Positions 13,456 to 25,877 of a stretch of DNA of 64,000 nt are shown one piece after another. The stretch is taken from contig OZ024740.1 in assembly GCA_964016885.1 (NCBI GenBank), positions 183,892,001-183,956,000 on the forward strand, in the 5' to 3' direction. This DNA comes from Eledone cirrhosa (Eukaryota). The notes under the pieces were generated by a model, which saw nothing but the letters and a program-made list of their open reading frames with translations, was not told where the DNA came from and searched no databases. Position numbers and translations under genes: made by a program. Positions within the stretch are counted from its first letter, which is position 1. The number at the start of each line of letters is the position of its first letter.

Positions 13456-15415
13456 ATGGATGTCTCAGAGTCACTCCTTCCTCACAAACTAACACCTCAC
13501 ACCGACACCACCATTGTAAATATTGCTACGTTTGCCAACACTGGAAATGTAAGCAATACCAATATTTTAAATTTGTCTCAGGCAGACGTTCATTTCCCGC
13601 CATTACCAATGACTGCAGGTGTTAAAGCCGCCACCACCGACACCACCGCGACAACCCCCATCCCCACCACCACCACAGCGACAACAGAAACAAAAGAAAA
13701 AATAAATTAACTCGTGATATCGAAATGAATTCAAACCAAAAGGAACTCTTCCACACCGAACACCACTGACGCCACCACCACCACCACCACAACTGAAATT
13801 AAAATTAAGAATAGCAAAAATAACGAAAACAACAACAGCAACGACATTAAGAAAACTAACCTGAGTTTTGCCAGAGAAGCAAAAACGTGCGAAGCGATCC
13901 AGTTAACTCAGGAGGAATTAGAAGAAGCCAAAGTAATGGTAAAGAAAGATGGGTACAGGGTCAGCCTCCCCCTCACCTAATAAAATGGAGCATCGGCGCC
14001 TATGCACCGTGTCTTATCGGACGATTAACATAAAATCGCGCCGAGTGGAACGGGCATCCAAGTCCCAAATCCAAAAAGCTTTGTGACATGTGTGGGCAAA
14101 AAACCCCCACATTAGACGTGGGCAGAAATATGGAACCGTTGACGTGTTCTTTGGAACACCACAGGAGGCCAGAGAACACTCCATGGCCCATTAAGAAGTG
14201 ACGACTTCACACTCGTCCCAAGCTATTGTGTCCAGAGTCTCGCGAAGATCAGGGTGACCCAGGTTCCACCGGCTATCGAAATTCACTGGCTAGTGGCTGC
14301 CGTCCTCGCCGGCATCGACGCCAACACCAAGATAATTGAAATAGCGAAAGAAAAGCACGAAAACTGGTCCGGATCTGGAATGGAGCTCCTGATCCAAGCG
14401 GACCAAAAAAGCATTGAGGAGATCCCAGAGGTAATAGACCTCACTGACGGCAGCCACCTCACCGTAATCGTCAAGGGCAGAAGACCTAGGTGTTTCGTTT
14501 GTGAGGAAGGAACCCATCAAAGGGCTTTCTGCCCTCAGGCTAAAAGGTTGAGGCGACCTCTCTTACCCACCCCAGTGACTCAACCATCAACACCACCAGT
14601 AGCAGAAATGGCAGCAACAACTGTAGCAGCAACAACAGAAGCAACTGTAACAGAACCAACTCCAGCAACAGTAGCAAAACCAACACCACCACCACCCAAC
14701 ACGCCAGAACTAGCACCAGCGCCTACACCATCCACCACGCCACAACCAAAACCAACGCCTGTCGAGGATTTTCTACTCCCCGACCTATCGCAACTGGAGA
14801 CAGATTGTAACGACGAGGATTGGGTATCGGTATCAGGAAAAAAGACAAAAGAAAAAGAGGCCAAATAATAAAAAAAAATCCTCTTCCTTCCCCCTCCAAA
14901 AACAAAATACAGAGGGAAACAAATAAACTATCAAACAAAAAAGTTAGGACAGCTATGCCACCATCCACATCAGAATCACCAACCCATCACCACAAACACC
15001 AACACCATCACCATCATTAACCCCAACACCACCATCACCAACCCCAGAAACGTCACCAAAAACCGAAACAGAAACAAACCCACAACAAACGCAAACAAAA
15101 CAAAACGACCAAAACGATACACACTACACAGCATTACATTTGAACAACAACCAATTATTTCACTACATCCAACACAACACCAGCATCACAGAAAAATACT
15201 ACACAACACCCCAAAAGTTAACACCACCTCCACACATACAAATCACTCACATCACACAGAAAACGTACACGACGCTAAAACAAACATTTCCCAAAGACAT
15301 CGGAGACTTCCGACAAGTACTCTCAAGGAGGGTTTATAGGACATCCTTGCGGAGGAGGCCACAAACAGTGAAAAGGGTGTAGAAACCATCCTTACTCTAC
15401 GAGAAGTAAGGTAAG
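13456..15415 (+). pseudogene. Tx1 ORF1 (gag-like), disrupted
   Basis: ORF 14254-14868 aligns to element A ORF1 (..W.G..E.L.Q....GRRP.CFVC). Confidence 0.75.
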
Positions 15416-15448
15416 TGGTCTTTTCCACCTTTTCCACTCCATTTCAAC

Positions 15449-18408
15449 ATGACCTCACTCAGAATAGGCAGCATAAATGCGCGTGGCTTGGGGTTGTAAT
15501 GGCAGCAGGGCCAGCTGCTCACCGATCTTCGGCGACTACGATGTGTACGCATCTCCCAGCCGTCCTGGATAGGGGAAGAAGTTGCTGTGCATTGTCGGAG
15601 AGGTTTGTATCACGCCATACGGGCCATCTTCCTGGAACCGGAAGGTAAGTTGGTGGTGCTGGACATGACCAGCGGAGACGGGCAAGCTTTCAGGCTAGTG
15701 GCCGTCTATACCCCGACAGGGGCGGGCGGCCTGATTTCTTCCAGCGTCTGGAGACCTTTATGGGAGCGTCCCGCTCTTTAGTGTTAGTGGGCAACTGGAA
15801 CGGGATCTTAGATGCACGCTGGGACTGTGTGGGATTAGCGGATATGGGAGGGGGGCAAGAGCCTCACCAACCTGCTCAGGCGTTTTGATCTATCTTACAT
15901 GTATCGATTGGATTTCCCGAATGTGCCAATGTGGACTTGGACAAACCGCATAGGGTCATCCAGATCATATCTAGATAGAGTATCTTGTAGGGAAATAGAT
16001 AGGTCTAGCATAGGCTGTCCACAATTCAAGATAGTCAGCTACACGGACCACAAATTCGTGATCTTTGTGCTTGACGTAGATAGGCTACTGGAAGCTAAAC
16101 GCGTCCTTACCAGCGGGCAAGGCCTACAGAGACCGGATTAACGAACTAGTTAAGCGGGTGTTGACGGGGGCCATCGTCTACAACAAGTGGTGGTTTGCTC
16201 TGAAAAGAGCGATTAGAATAGAGTCCATTAGCTTTAGCAATAGAGAAAAATAGAGCAGAGGGAGAACTAGTTAGAAAATTAGATGAGGCGCTTAGCAAAT
16301 GCATCGCGACCGACGTACTTGCGGCGAAATTGGCCCTTGAACAACTATTCAATGCAGAGCACGAAGGCTGCGTTGTCAGAGCTAGGGTGCGTGCTTTCAG
16401 ACGCGAGGGGACGAAAGCCGTTCACTGGGCCCGACTGACGGAGGCGCATCGTGGCAACAAAGCCACGATCCGGTCTTTGCTGGACCACGACGGGCGCATG
16501 CTACTCGATCCCGGGCAAATGTGTGAGGCTTTTCAGCGACATTTCGCTCAGCTGTTCGGGAGCAGCGGCGGGCCAGATCGAGGGATGGTCTTTAGTGTCT
16601 ACCTCGAAGAACTGCCGCGGCTCTCGGCCACTGAAGCGGATTGTAGCGATAAGCCGATAACAGCCGCTGAAGTAAGGAAGTAATGACTGGCTGCACAAGG
16701 GGTAAATCGCCTAGTTTGGATGGTCTGCCCGATGAACTTTACGTACAGATGCCTGACTTGTTCGAAGGCCTCTTGGCGGACGTCTATTGCAACTAGCAAC
16801 AGAACGGGCGAATTACCAGCTCTGTGAGCCGAGGAGCGGTGGCGCTGCTGAGAAAGGATCAGAACCAGGGGGATAACATAGATAATTTCAGGCCCATAAC
16901 TCAGAGTTCAATAACTCAGAGTTCAACATTTTGGCCAAGGTGTTAGCAAAGAGGTTGGCGCTTGTTGTTGATGGTCTGGTGGGAGAGGCGCAGACATGCG
17001 CCATTCCAGACAAATCTATCCATGACAACCTCCATCTCATGCGATACATCGTAGAGTGGGTAGCTAGGGAACCTGGCACGGGTGGGTCCTTGATCAATTT
17101 AGATCAGTCGAAACACTTTCGATAGGGTCGACCATCGTTACCTAGCGGCAGTCCTGAGGCGGCTGGCTTTCGGCCCGTCTTCAGAGGCTGGATGGCTGCC
17201 ATGCACAGCGACATCTGCTCTGTGGGGAGAGTGAACGGTCACATTTCGAACCCGTTCAACATCATGCGCTCGGTCCGCCAAGGATGTACCCTCTCCTCCC
17301 TCTTGTACGCATTGACTCTCGAGCCATTAGTGAGAGGAAGCTATCCCTGAAATGTCGAGCGGAGGTGGCTAACGCGTATATCGCGTCCGTCATCTATTAC
17401 CGCCTGACCGTCGTATCTTGTCCTAAGCCCCTCCTGATTGCGCTGGAGCGTTTGCTCTTTCGCTTTTTGTGGAAGGGACGCGCTCCGATGGTCAGGTGGT
17501 CCATCCGCTGTCAACACCCGCTACGTGGAGGGCTGGGAATGCCGTGGCTGATGATGCGCAGACACGCGCTCAGGCTACTATATCTCCACCTCTTCCTCAA
17601 AGGTGATCAGGTGTGGTCGCCTTTTGCTAGATGCGTCTTTCCCCAGCTCGTCTCCTTAACGGATCTGCAGTCCTTTGTCAAGCGAAGAGCGAGAGGGAGC
17701 GCTTGGAGACTGGAATATCTTCAGGCGCTCACAGCCCTCGACCAATCGGGAAATGTGTTCAGTGGAAACTCCACCTTGGCGTTCTATAGAGGATTAGAGG
17801 AAGGGAAGAGCGACGACGTACTAGGGGAAACTCTAGGCGTCGACGAAAATCAACTAGCCAATCTCTTCGGAAGAACTTTCGGGCCGGGGCCTATGGACAA
17901 CTTCCAGAAATCCCTTGCCTGGCAGTGTTACCGAGGAGCTTTGCCACTTCGGGATAAACTCTACAGGCATGGAGGTGCCGTCAGCCGGGCATGTCCAAGA
18001 CGCGCGCAGGGTGACGAAACCGTTCTGAACGCACTCATCTAGTGTCCGAGCATTGCTGACTTGTGGGTTTATGGCCAACACCTGCTGTCGCGTGTAGGAC
18101 GGATCCAGCTATCAGCTGAGTCCATCGTGAGGATTGCCCCGCCCTCTTCCTTTAGCCGGGAAGGGCAGGCAGTTTTTATCTGTCTGGTGGCCATGGCGAA
18201 AGAGATAGTATGGTGGACACGTCTGAAAGGGCTGAAGACGAGCACTTACCTCTTCGGTGATGCCCTGATAAACTTTTTCAAATTTCATTTGAAAAGGAAA
18301 ATCAGAGTAGAGAGGGAAGTGCTCTCTTCCCAGCATTTTGTTGAAAGATGGGTGAGAGAGGCAAGAATGGCCCGAGTGAATGGACCTACTCTGAGTATGT
18401 GTCTGTAA
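15449..18408 (+). pseudogene. Tx1 ORF2 (APE + RT + C-terminal domain), disrupted; RT catalytic core deleted near 17330
   Basis: ATG at 15449 reads MTSLRIGSINARGL. Motifs YTDHKF, LINLDQSK and HPLRGGLGMP are present. The segment carrying YADD in element A is missing. Confidence 0.88.
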
Positions 18409-18686
18409 ATTAAAGGTGGAAAACTGGGAGAGAGCACTTGCCCTGGTGGTCAGGGTCACTGTGACTTTTTAATGGGCTTTCTCCATGAATGTCCCTCGGA
18501 AGTCTCCCCCTATTGGGTAATTGTTTTCATTGTTCTATTATTACATACTCTGTTTCTTGTTTTTTTTTACACGCAGAAATACCATTTTGTACCATCCTGT
18601 ATTGTCCTGTACTGTCCTTAATGTCTACTTTGTGTAAACCCTTGTGGTTAATAAAGAAAGCATTATTATTATTATTATTATTATTA

Positions 18687-18824
18687 GCGACCGACTTAGT
18701 AAATCTTTACGATCTGAGTTCAAATCCCGCCGAGGTTGACTTTACCTTACATCCTTATATGGGGTCGAAAAAAGTACCAGTAATGCACTGGGTAATTGCT
18801 GTCCTTGTGCCTAAAGTAGAAACG

Positions 18825-18826
<2 letters not shown>
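18687..18826 (+). mobile_element. 5'-truncated tRNA-derived SINE between (ATT)n tracts
   Basis: B-box-like GAGTTCAAATCC, core ..CATCC..GGGGTCGA..AAGTACCAG, 3' end CCTTGTGCCTAAAGTAGAAAC. Same family as 59904-60087. Confidence 0.8.
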
Positions 18827-18871
<45 letters not shown>

Positions 18872-18878
18872 GATTATT

Positions 18879-21369
18879 CCTTGAATCTCAGTCATTGATG
18901 TTGGTTAACTGGAAAGTCCGTTGGATTGAATATCAAGCCACTACCTGCAGCCTCAGATATTCAGGACGTATCGGAGGGTTCTTGCTGTTCCAAGCAAGCA
19001 TGCCTTTTGAAGCGTTCCAAAAAGCGTGAAGGGGCCGATTTTCTTTAACCATCCCTGGAAACTTTTGGAGATAGTCCCCAGAGCGCCTATGACAATCGGG
19101 ATCACTTTGACTTCATGGCAGTTCCAAATCCTTTTCATCTCCCACTTTAGGTCCTGGTATCGGTTAATTTTCTCCCTCTCCTTCTCTTGCACTCTCGTGT
19201 CGAACGGGCAGGCCACATCCACAATCAGGCACGATCTTTTTTCTTTGTCCACAACCACCAGGTCAGGTCTATTGTGTTCCAGTTTTTTGTCCGTCTGTAT
19301 CCTAAAATCCCACAGCACCTTCACCTGATTGTTCTCCATCACCGCCTCTGGCCTATGCTCATACCATTTCTCAGAATGTGGTAGATTGTTTACTTTGCAC
19401 AGGTGCCAGTGGATCACCCTGCCCATCACATCGTGTCTCCAGCCCTTATAGTGGGTCTGGGCTAGGTGTTTACACTCGGACACAATGTGAGCCACAGTCT
19501 CCTCTCTCTCTCCACAGATCCTGCACAGTGGGCTAGCCTCCTCCTTGTAGATATGGTGCTTCAACCACTTCGTTTTGAGGGCCTGCTCCTGCGCAGCCAT
19601 TAGCATTCCTTCTGTAGCCTTTTTGAGGTCTCCTCTTCTCAACCAGTTCCATGTCTGTGGATCTCTAAATTCAGTTTTCTCAAAGAAGGTACTATGAAGG
19701 GATTTTCCCTTAAGGCTGCTCTTCCTCCTTGATGTTATTTCCTCCCTGGACTTCCCCTGGCCTACTGTCCCCTCCTTCAGTACAGTTCTGAGCATTGGCT
19801 CCTTACTATAGGTCACGTATTTGTATAGGTTGTTTTTTTCCATCTGAACACAGTCCTCTATGCTGATAAGACCTCTTCCACCCTCAGATCTCCTTAGGTA
19901 GAGTCTATCGACATCACTCCTCTTGTGGAACATGTTGTAGATAGTCAATAGCTTCCTAGTCTTCCTATCCATTTCTTTTTGTTCAGCAACATTCCATCTC
20001 AGAATTCCAGCACTGTACCTAATAATAGACACAGCTCGGGAATTTACTGCGCTTATGGCATTTCTGCTGTTCAGATGTGACTTCAATACGCTCCTTACTC
20101 TCCGAATGTATTCAGTTCTTAACAATTCCTTCATTTTTTTGTTCTTTATGCCATCAGCCTCCAGAACGCCCAAATACTTGTATCCTTCCTCAGAGTCAAT
20201 TTCCTTTATCATCTCACCTGTTGGTATCTGGATCCCGTTACTTCTGCTCAACCTACCCCTCTTCATCACAATGACTCCACATTTACCAATACCAAACTGC
20301 ATACATATATCACTGCTGAAAATACGGACAGTGTCAACAAGCACATCCAACTCCTTCTCACTTTTCCCGAAGAGCTTAAGATCGTCCATGAAGAGGAGGT
20401 GATTGATGGTAAGCTCTCCCCCTCCCAACTTGTATCCTGCTCTCACTTTTCGCAGCATAATGGTCAAGGGCATCAGGGCAAGGACAAACAACAGAGGGGA
20501 CAGGCTATCTCTCTGGAAGATACCTCTCTTGATCTTCACGCTTCCCAAGGATACTCCAGTTGATGTCAACTCTGTCTCCCAGGACCCCATACTCCTGCCC
20601 AGCAACTGTCTGATGTTATCTGCCACCCTGAAGACCTCCAGGCTTTTGGTGATCCAGGAATGAGGCACCATGTCAAATGCCTTTCTGTAGTCTATCCATC
20701 CCATGGCAAGATCAGTGTGTCTCCTCCTGCAATTCCCCATTACCATCTTATCAATAAGCAACTGGTCCTTTGTACCACGTGACTTCTTTCGGCATCCTTT
20801 CTGTTCGTCCGGTAACAAGTTGTTTGTGTGGAGGTGATGGTAGATTTCCTCAGACACAATGCTCGTCAACAGTTTCCACGTTACGGGCAGACATGTGATA
20901 GGTCTATAGTTGGTAACATCATTACCCTTGATTCGGTCTTTCATTATCAGAACTGTGGTACCTTTTGTCAACCACTCTGGCACCTCACCCGACACCAAGC
21001 AGTCATTGAACATGGCCGTCAGCTTCGGGTGGAGGGATGTTAAATGTTTAATCCAATACCCCTGCACACCATCTGGGCCTGGTGATTTCCAGTTGGTTAG
21101 TTTTTTGGCTTGCCCCTTAAGAGTTTCAACTGTGATACTCAAATCAGTCTGTTGTTGTGCCTTCTCACCGATCTCCCTCTGTACTGTCTCAATCCACCCT
21201 GCCTGGGCATTGTGTCTAACATCCTGCTCCCATATTCCTCTCCAGAATGTTTTAGCTTGTTCCGCCCCAGGGATCAAGTCGTTGCCTCTTTCTTTCCCCT
21301 CAAGCTGTCCAAACAGCATCTTCTGGTTGTTGTCGAACATGCGGTTCTGTTTATACTGACTGACTCTGT
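18879..21369 (-). mobile_element. 5'-truncated R4/Dong-type non-LTR retrotransposon (copy E), apparently young, flanked by (ATT)n on both sides
   Basis: Uninterrupted 795-aa ORF; microsatellite tracts at 18827-18878 and 21370-21431. Confidence 0.93.
18953..21340 (-). CDS. Reverse transcriptase + CCHC zinc knuckle + restriction-like endonuclease (R4/Dong-type ORF, N-terminally truncated)
   Basis: Motifs NYRPITCL, IDYRKAFDMVPH, HLLFMDDLKLF, CRICGEREETVAHIVSEC, RHD, RPDLVV..IVDVACP..EKINRYQDL. Confidence 0.93.
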   Translation of the reverse strand: MFDNNQKMLFGQLEGKERGNDLIPGAEQAKTFWRGIWEQDVRHNAQAGWIETVQREIGEKAQQQTDLSITVETLKGQAKKLTNWKSPGPDGVQGYWIKHLTSLHPKLTAMFNDCLVSGEVPEWLTKGTTVLIMKDRIKGNDVTNYRPITCLPVTWKLLTSIVSEEIYHHLHTNNLLPDEQKGCRKKSRGTKDQLLIDKMVMGNCRRRHTDLAMGWIDYRKAFDMVPHSWITKSLEVFRVADNIRQLLGRSMGSWETELTSTGVSLGSVKIKRGIFQRDSLSPLLFVLALMPLTIMLRKVRAGYKLGGGELTINHLLFMDDLKLFGKSEKELDVLVDTVRIFSSDICMQFGIGKCGVIVMKRGRLSRSNGIQIPTGEMIKEIDSEEGYKYLGVLEADGIKNKKMKELLRTEYIRRVRSVLKSHLNSRNAISAVNSRAVSIIRYSAGILRWNVAEQKEMDRKTRKLLTIYNMFHKRSDVDRLYLRRSEGGRGLISIEDCVQMEKNNLYKYVTYSKEPMLRTVLKEGTVGQGKSREEITSRRKSSLKGKSLHSTFFEKTEFRDPQTWNWLRRGDLKKATEGMLMAAQEQALKTKWLKHHIYKEEASPLCRICGEREETVAHIVSECKHLAQTHYKGWRHDVMGRVIHWHLCKVNNLPHSEKWYEHRPEAVMENNQVKVLWDFRIQTDKKLEHNRPDLVVVDKEKRSCLIVDVACPFDTRVQEKEREKINRYQDLKWEMKRIWNCHEVKVIPIVIGALGTISKSFQGWLKKIGPFTLFGTLQKACLLGTARTLRYVLNI

Positions 21370-21525
21370 AATTATTATTATTATTATCATTATTATTATT
21401 ATTATTATTACTATTATTATTATTATTATTATACAGAAATTGTTACAAAATATCATTGGAAAAATGGAGACATATAAAAAAGAATATACAAATCGAGTAA
21501 TCATTAGTTATTTTTGAGTTTTCAG

Positions 21526-21678
21526 ATGAGATTTTCGGCAGATTTCTTTCTATTTTCGGAAAATTTATTGAAACAGAGATCTCTTCAAAGAAAAGAATAG
21601 AACATTTCAACGTCCAATTGAATTGTTCAAATAAAAGACCAAATAAATACAGAATAAATAGACAAAAAGAAACAAGAG
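21526..21678 (+). other. Candidate host-gene exon (153 bp, phase 1-1)
   Basis: TTTTCAG acceptor, stop-free frame EIFGRFLSIFGKFIETEISSKKRIEHF..., weak donor GAG/GTACAA. No recognisable homology. Confidence 0.2.
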
Positions 21679-22094
21679 GTACAAAATAAAAAAAAACAGC
21701 TGCAGATAATATCGGGCGTTGTGTTAAGAAACGAAAGAGCTAGAAATAAATAATAATTATACAATGAATATGTATATAATTATAATAGATTTACTATGTG
21801 TCTATCATTTAGTCATAAAATTACTCCATCTATCTATCTGTGTTATGCGCACGCGCGCACACACACACACATACACACACACATATATATATATATAAAT
21901 ATATATATATATATGTATAAATATATATATATATTGTTATACTTTGGGAGGGTCATGTTGCCAATAAGAAACACACGCACCATTATTTCAGTTCAATTTA
22001 TTATATATTTATAAATTTATAAATTTACAAATCTACAAACTTATAAATTTCTGGTTGGTTGGTTGGTTCCACAACCAGATATTTGTTTATATAT

Positions 22095-22139
22095 AGTCAT
22101 AGTCCTTTCGTCACACACTATGTGACCTCTTCAGTGACT
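22095..22139 (-). ncRNA. Minimal type I hammerhead ribozyme (PLE family 2)
   Basis: Minus strand reads AGUCA-CUGAAGA-G-GUCACA(uagug)UGUGAC-GAAA-GGAC-UA-UGACU. Confidence 0.75.
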
Positions 22140-22254
22140 GGGGATTCCTTTCTTTGTTTCTGTGCCTTTCCTTTCTTCTGTCCTACGCCATTTTGTTTCA
22201 AAATGGCGTAGGACAGAAGAAAGGAAAGGCACAGAAACAAAGAAAGGAATCCCC

Positions 22255-22299
22255 AGTAACTGAAGAGGTCACATAGTGTGTGACGAAAGGACTATGACT
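22255..22299 (+). ncRNA. Minimal type I hammerhead ribozyme (PLE family 2), one stem I mismatch
   Basis: AGUAA-CUGAAGA-G-GUCACA..UGUGAC-GAAA-GGAC-UA-UGACU. Confidence 0.7.
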
Positions 22300-22517
22300 A
22301 TATATAAACAACTATCTGGTTGTGGAACCAACCAACCAGAAATTTATAAGTTTGTAGATTTGTAAATTTATAAATTTATAAATATATAATAAATTGAAGT
22401 GAAACGACTGGTGCGTGTGTTTCTTATTGGCAACATGACCCTCCCAAAGTATAACAATATCGGTTTCAACACACGATTTCAGATAAAGAATCTTGCTAAA
22501 CAAATTCAGAAAAGAAA

Positions 22518-22612
22518 TATATATATGTATATATATATATATATATATGTAAAAACATATATATATATATATATATATGTATAAATATACACATATATAT
22601 ATATATGTATAA

Positions 22613-22678
<66 letters not shown>

Positions 22679-22722
22679 ATAAATATACATATATATATAT
22701 ATATATATATGTATAAATTTAC

Positions 22723-22755
<33 letters not shown>

Positions 22756-22759
22756 TATG

Positions 22760-22846
<87 letters not shown>
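22518..22846. repeat. (TA)n microsatellite
   Basis: Directly visible. Confidence 0.98.
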
Positions 22847-22852
<6 letters not shown>

Positions 22853-22854
22853 AT

Positions 22855-23058
22855 ATTCATTTTATTATAGAGAAGTCTTCTCGAAGACAAAACTTCTTCC
22901 ATTTATAAGAAATCAGCAGAAAGGTCTTGCCTGATGATTTCTTACGAATGAAATAGTTCTATTCCTGTAAAACCATTTCTATAATAAAATGAATATACCT
23001 ATTCTCTACTAACGTATTGAGTACTTTTTGTTTAAATTGGCCCCCTCACAATTTATAT
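22855..23058. repeat. Imperfect fold-back, probably a decayed PLE pseudo-LTR pair
   Basis: ATATTCATTTTATTATAGA pairs with TCTATAATAAAATGAATAT. An internal CTGATGA-t-TTC(ttac)GAA-t-GAAA core lacks stem I. Confidence 0.55.
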
Positions 23059-23176
23059 CGGGACACACTTTTATGTACATAGGGGCTTTTGCGGTTTAAA
23101 TATAGACAACATATCACAAAACATGCAGTTACTAAAAAAAACCACCCACACACACACGCACATCTATATCTATATA

Positions 23177-23257
<81 letters not shown>

Positions 23258-23459
23258 GGAGTGACTGTGTGTGGTATGGTCATATATCCTGCCGCAACTC
23301 CTTGTCCAAAAGCATCCTTTATAGCACAGTCGAAGGTGGGAGAAGAAGGGGCAAAAAAGAAAACCCTCGTTTGACAATATCAAAGACTGGCTGGTCACAA
23401 TGCCGAGACCCTTCTACGCATGAAGGAAAATAGGGACCGATGACAACAACAACACCAAT

Positions 23460-23640
23460 AAACGTTTCTAATTCAGGCACAATGCAAGCAATGTTAGGTG
23501 ATCTGAAAGTTGATTAATCGACCCGAATGCGTTACTGGTACTTTATTTTATCGACCCCCGTAAGGATGAAAGGCAAAGCAAACTCGGCTGGATTTGAACT
23601 CAGAAAGTAAAGGGTCGTATTTGAATGCCACGAAGAACGT
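23460..23640 (-). mobile_element. tRNA-derived SINE copy
   Basis: ACTGGTACTTTATTTTATCGACCCCGTAAGGATGAAAGGCAAAG..GATTTGAACTCAG is shared with the other copies. Confidence 0.8.
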
Positions 23641-24218
23641 GTATTGATTTAATTCATTCCTTTATTCCTAAGGTTACCCACCTAAATTGTAACGATTTTC
23701 TTGTCCCATATCGGTATGTTCTTCGTGTTAATTTGTTGTCCAACACACCCATGAATACTACTGAGGTACTGGAGGAGAATATTCTTGTATTATAAAGCAT
23801 CTGAAATTATAATGATCTCCGAAAGACAGCCGATAAGCGTCAATCTGGTCAGTTCATTTTCGCCATATATCTTGCCTATTCATAGAAGTTCTAGGGAAAT
23901 TGCTCGAAGTAACTTGTATTAATATAATGCACTCTCTCATTACGATTACCTATTCATATTTGTGTTGCTTTTGATTGTAGCAATTTTCCTGTCCCATGTC
24001 GATATGTAGATATTTTTTCTTGTTTAGGTCCAACGGCCGTTGTGCTTTCATCCCGAATAGATAACCCTGTATACACCTTGAACACTATTGATGCACTGCT
24101 GTTGAATAGTCCTTTTTTTTACAGTGAATCCTAGACAATAAATTCGATGAGCGGGGATTGTCCATTTGATTGTCTCTTCCGTGTTTTCTGTTTCCTATAT
24201 TTCTTCCACAGAATTCTG

Positions 24219-24371
<153 letters not shown>

Positions 24372-24465
24372 AGTGGTTACACAACAATTAGTTAACCACT
24401 ACTACCTAACTCGTCCCTTGGACTGAGTGCTCTACCAATACGGATATTACCTTCCAGTGTTCCAC

Positions 24466-24549
<84 letters not shown>

Positions 24550-24581
24550 AGATCAACAGATGGTTAAAGGAGTTCCATGTA

Positions 24582-24648
24582 TTTTATTATGCGCATTTCA
24601 AAAACACACATCATCATGCAATAATATTTGTGTTTTCATCAGATAAAA
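24582..24648 (-). ncRNA. Type I hammerhead ribozyme (PLE family 1), left-arm copy
   Basis: Mirror copy of 28966-29032. Confidence 0.85.
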
Positions 24649-24769
24649 CAGGAGAACATGATATGAAGGCTAAAAAACACTTGTGGATAGTGCAGTTTTA
24701 AATCAACATATGAAAAGTGGTTTTAGATTGATGTGTGATATTGGGAAAAATGAAAAGGGAAGGAGATGA

Positions 24770-25330
24770 GAGGGAGAGATGGGTGATAGAGAGAAAGAGA
24801 TAGTTTTTATAACTGAGAGGAGATATATTGTTTTATATAGAGAGGTTGAAAACCATTGGAAGATAATGTATAAATTAAACATTTTGAAAATTAACCAAGG
24901 GAGGATATGTGCGAGGAAAAAATATTTTATTTAGGGAGGGGGGGGGGGGAGGATGAAAAAAAGGAGGAGGAGATGAGAGTGAAGGTGGAGAGGGAGAGAT
25001 GGGTGATAGAGAGAAAGAGATAGTTTTTATAACTGAGAGGAGATATATTGTTTTATATAGAGAGGTTGAAAACCATTGGAAGATAATGTATAAATTAAAC
25101 ATTTTGAAAATTAACCAAGGGAGGATATGTGCGAGGAAAAAATATTTTATTTAGGGAGGGGGGGGGGAGGATGAAAAAAAGGAGGAGGAGATGAGAGTGA
25201 AGGTGGAGAGGGAGAGATGGGTGATAGAGAGAAAGAGATAGTTTTTATAACTGAGAAAAAGATATATTGTTTTAACATAGAGAGGTTGGGAACCGTTGGA
25301 AGATAATGTATAAATTAAAGGAATTTGAAA
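24770..25330. repeat. Three ~220 bp tandem sub-repeats with G-runs in the PLE 3' UTR (two copies in the right arm, ~28490-28870)
   Basis: AGGGAGAGATGGGTGATAGAGAGAAAGAGATAG recurs at ~24771, 24991 and 25209. Confidence 0.85.
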
Positions 25331-25877
25331 ATTAACGAAGGGAAATTATGTATGAAGATAGAGAGAAAAAAAAAATAATAATTGTGGATGAATATTCTAA
25401 CGTCAAAAAAAGAGAAATGTATGTAATGTGGCAATTTCAAAATTAACGAAGAGAAAAATTATTAAGGTTTGTGTGTAGAAGGATTTGAGAAAAATAATGT
25501 GAAGTTAAAGTTTGTATATTGATTGAATTGATAATATATGCGAATAAAGAGTTAATATGTATTAATAATGAGTTCGTTGATGGGGAGAAAAAAAAAAAAA
25601 AAAAAAATAATAATAATAAATTAAGGATGAAATTGAGATTAAACAGATTTATGATAGAGAGAAAAAATAATAATGATTGCAGATGAATATTCTAACGTCA
25701 AAAATAACAAATGTATATGTTATGATTTTACAAGGTGAAGATAGAATGAGGGTAATGAGTAAACAAGTATTATAGAGTGTATAATGCCCTTTAAAGTAAG
25801 GTAGATGGGTATATTTTAAAGAGGTGTATGTATATGTGCCTTTGAGAAAAGATTCTAAATTGATAAAGAATTGAATA

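Larger units (their letters stand above)
12661..18686 (+). mobile_element. Near full-length L1/Tx1-clade element B, degenerate, with duplicated 5' region
   Basis: Starts GG after (ATT)n. ORF1 knuckle CFVCEEGTHQRAFC; ORF2 homologous to element A; AATAAA plus (ATT)n tail. Confidence 0.92.
21931..22518. mobile_element. Fold-back of two inverted PLE family-2 pseudo-LTRs (non-coding) in (TA)n
   Basis: Arms 21931-22195 and 22199-22460 are near-perfect inverted repeats and match 62445-62690. The right arm has an extra tail to 22518. Confidence 0.9.

Noticed and set aside
24770-25330. Regular ~220 bp repeats as a possible CRISPR array
   Set aside because: Whole units are duplicated with no unique spacers, in eukaryotic context with no cas genes.
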